DNA of 64,000 nucleotides from the human T2T-CHM13v2.0 reference genome, Homo sapiens. Made by a program: the position numbers and the translations under genes. Where the stretch lies: the NCBI RefSeq assembly GCF_009914755.1, contig NC_060930.1. One strand, given 5' to 3'. Each line of letters begins with the position of its first letter. Position 1 is the stretch's first letter. Positions 63,910-64,000 of this stretch are shown one piece after another. The notes beneath the pieces were generated by a model. The model was not told the DNA's origin. It was given only the letters and a program-made list of their open reading frames with translations, and searched no databases.

Positions 63910-64000
63910 TACACACACACACACATACACACACATACTTATATACCATATACACACGTATGTACTCGCATATATACAAACACATATATACACATACATG
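63910..64000. repeat. (CA)n / (TA/CA) low-complexity repeat
   Basis: ACACACACAC... tract. Confidence 0.85.

Overview
Eukaryotic, AT-rich, Alu/L1/L2/MIR-dense DNA. It is very likely human, because it carries a CpG-intact AluYa5. The window holds the complete CDC40 (PRP17/PRPF17) gene on the + strand. Fifteen GT-AG coding exons (6886-56580) splice into a 1740-nt ORF encoding a 579-aa second-step spliceosomal WD40 protein, followed by a 3'UTR of about 2.1 kb that contains an Alu. A CpG-island bidirectional promoter (about 5250-7150) also drives a divergent minus-strand transcript. Only its non-coding 5' exons are in the window, and I identify it as WASF1 from recalled human gene order, not from coding sequence. 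All other ORFs in the supplied track are Alu/L1-derived, GC-rich artefacts, or exon read-throughs. I cannot support a wholly new biological system. The best leads are: (1) a ~330-bp GC-rich foreign fragment with a splice acceptor and codon-biased exon piece, inserted into an L2 with fold-back junctions; (2) a cluster of template-switch duplications and interleaved inverted repeats at 29.16-29.66 kb; (3) a candidate poison exon in CDC40 intron 2; (4) a uORF-packed 5'UTR exon of the divergent gene; (5) an Alu-flanked, in-frame, stop-free exon 6-8 circle. Repeat subfamily names are from by-eye recognition, and repeat edges are approximate.
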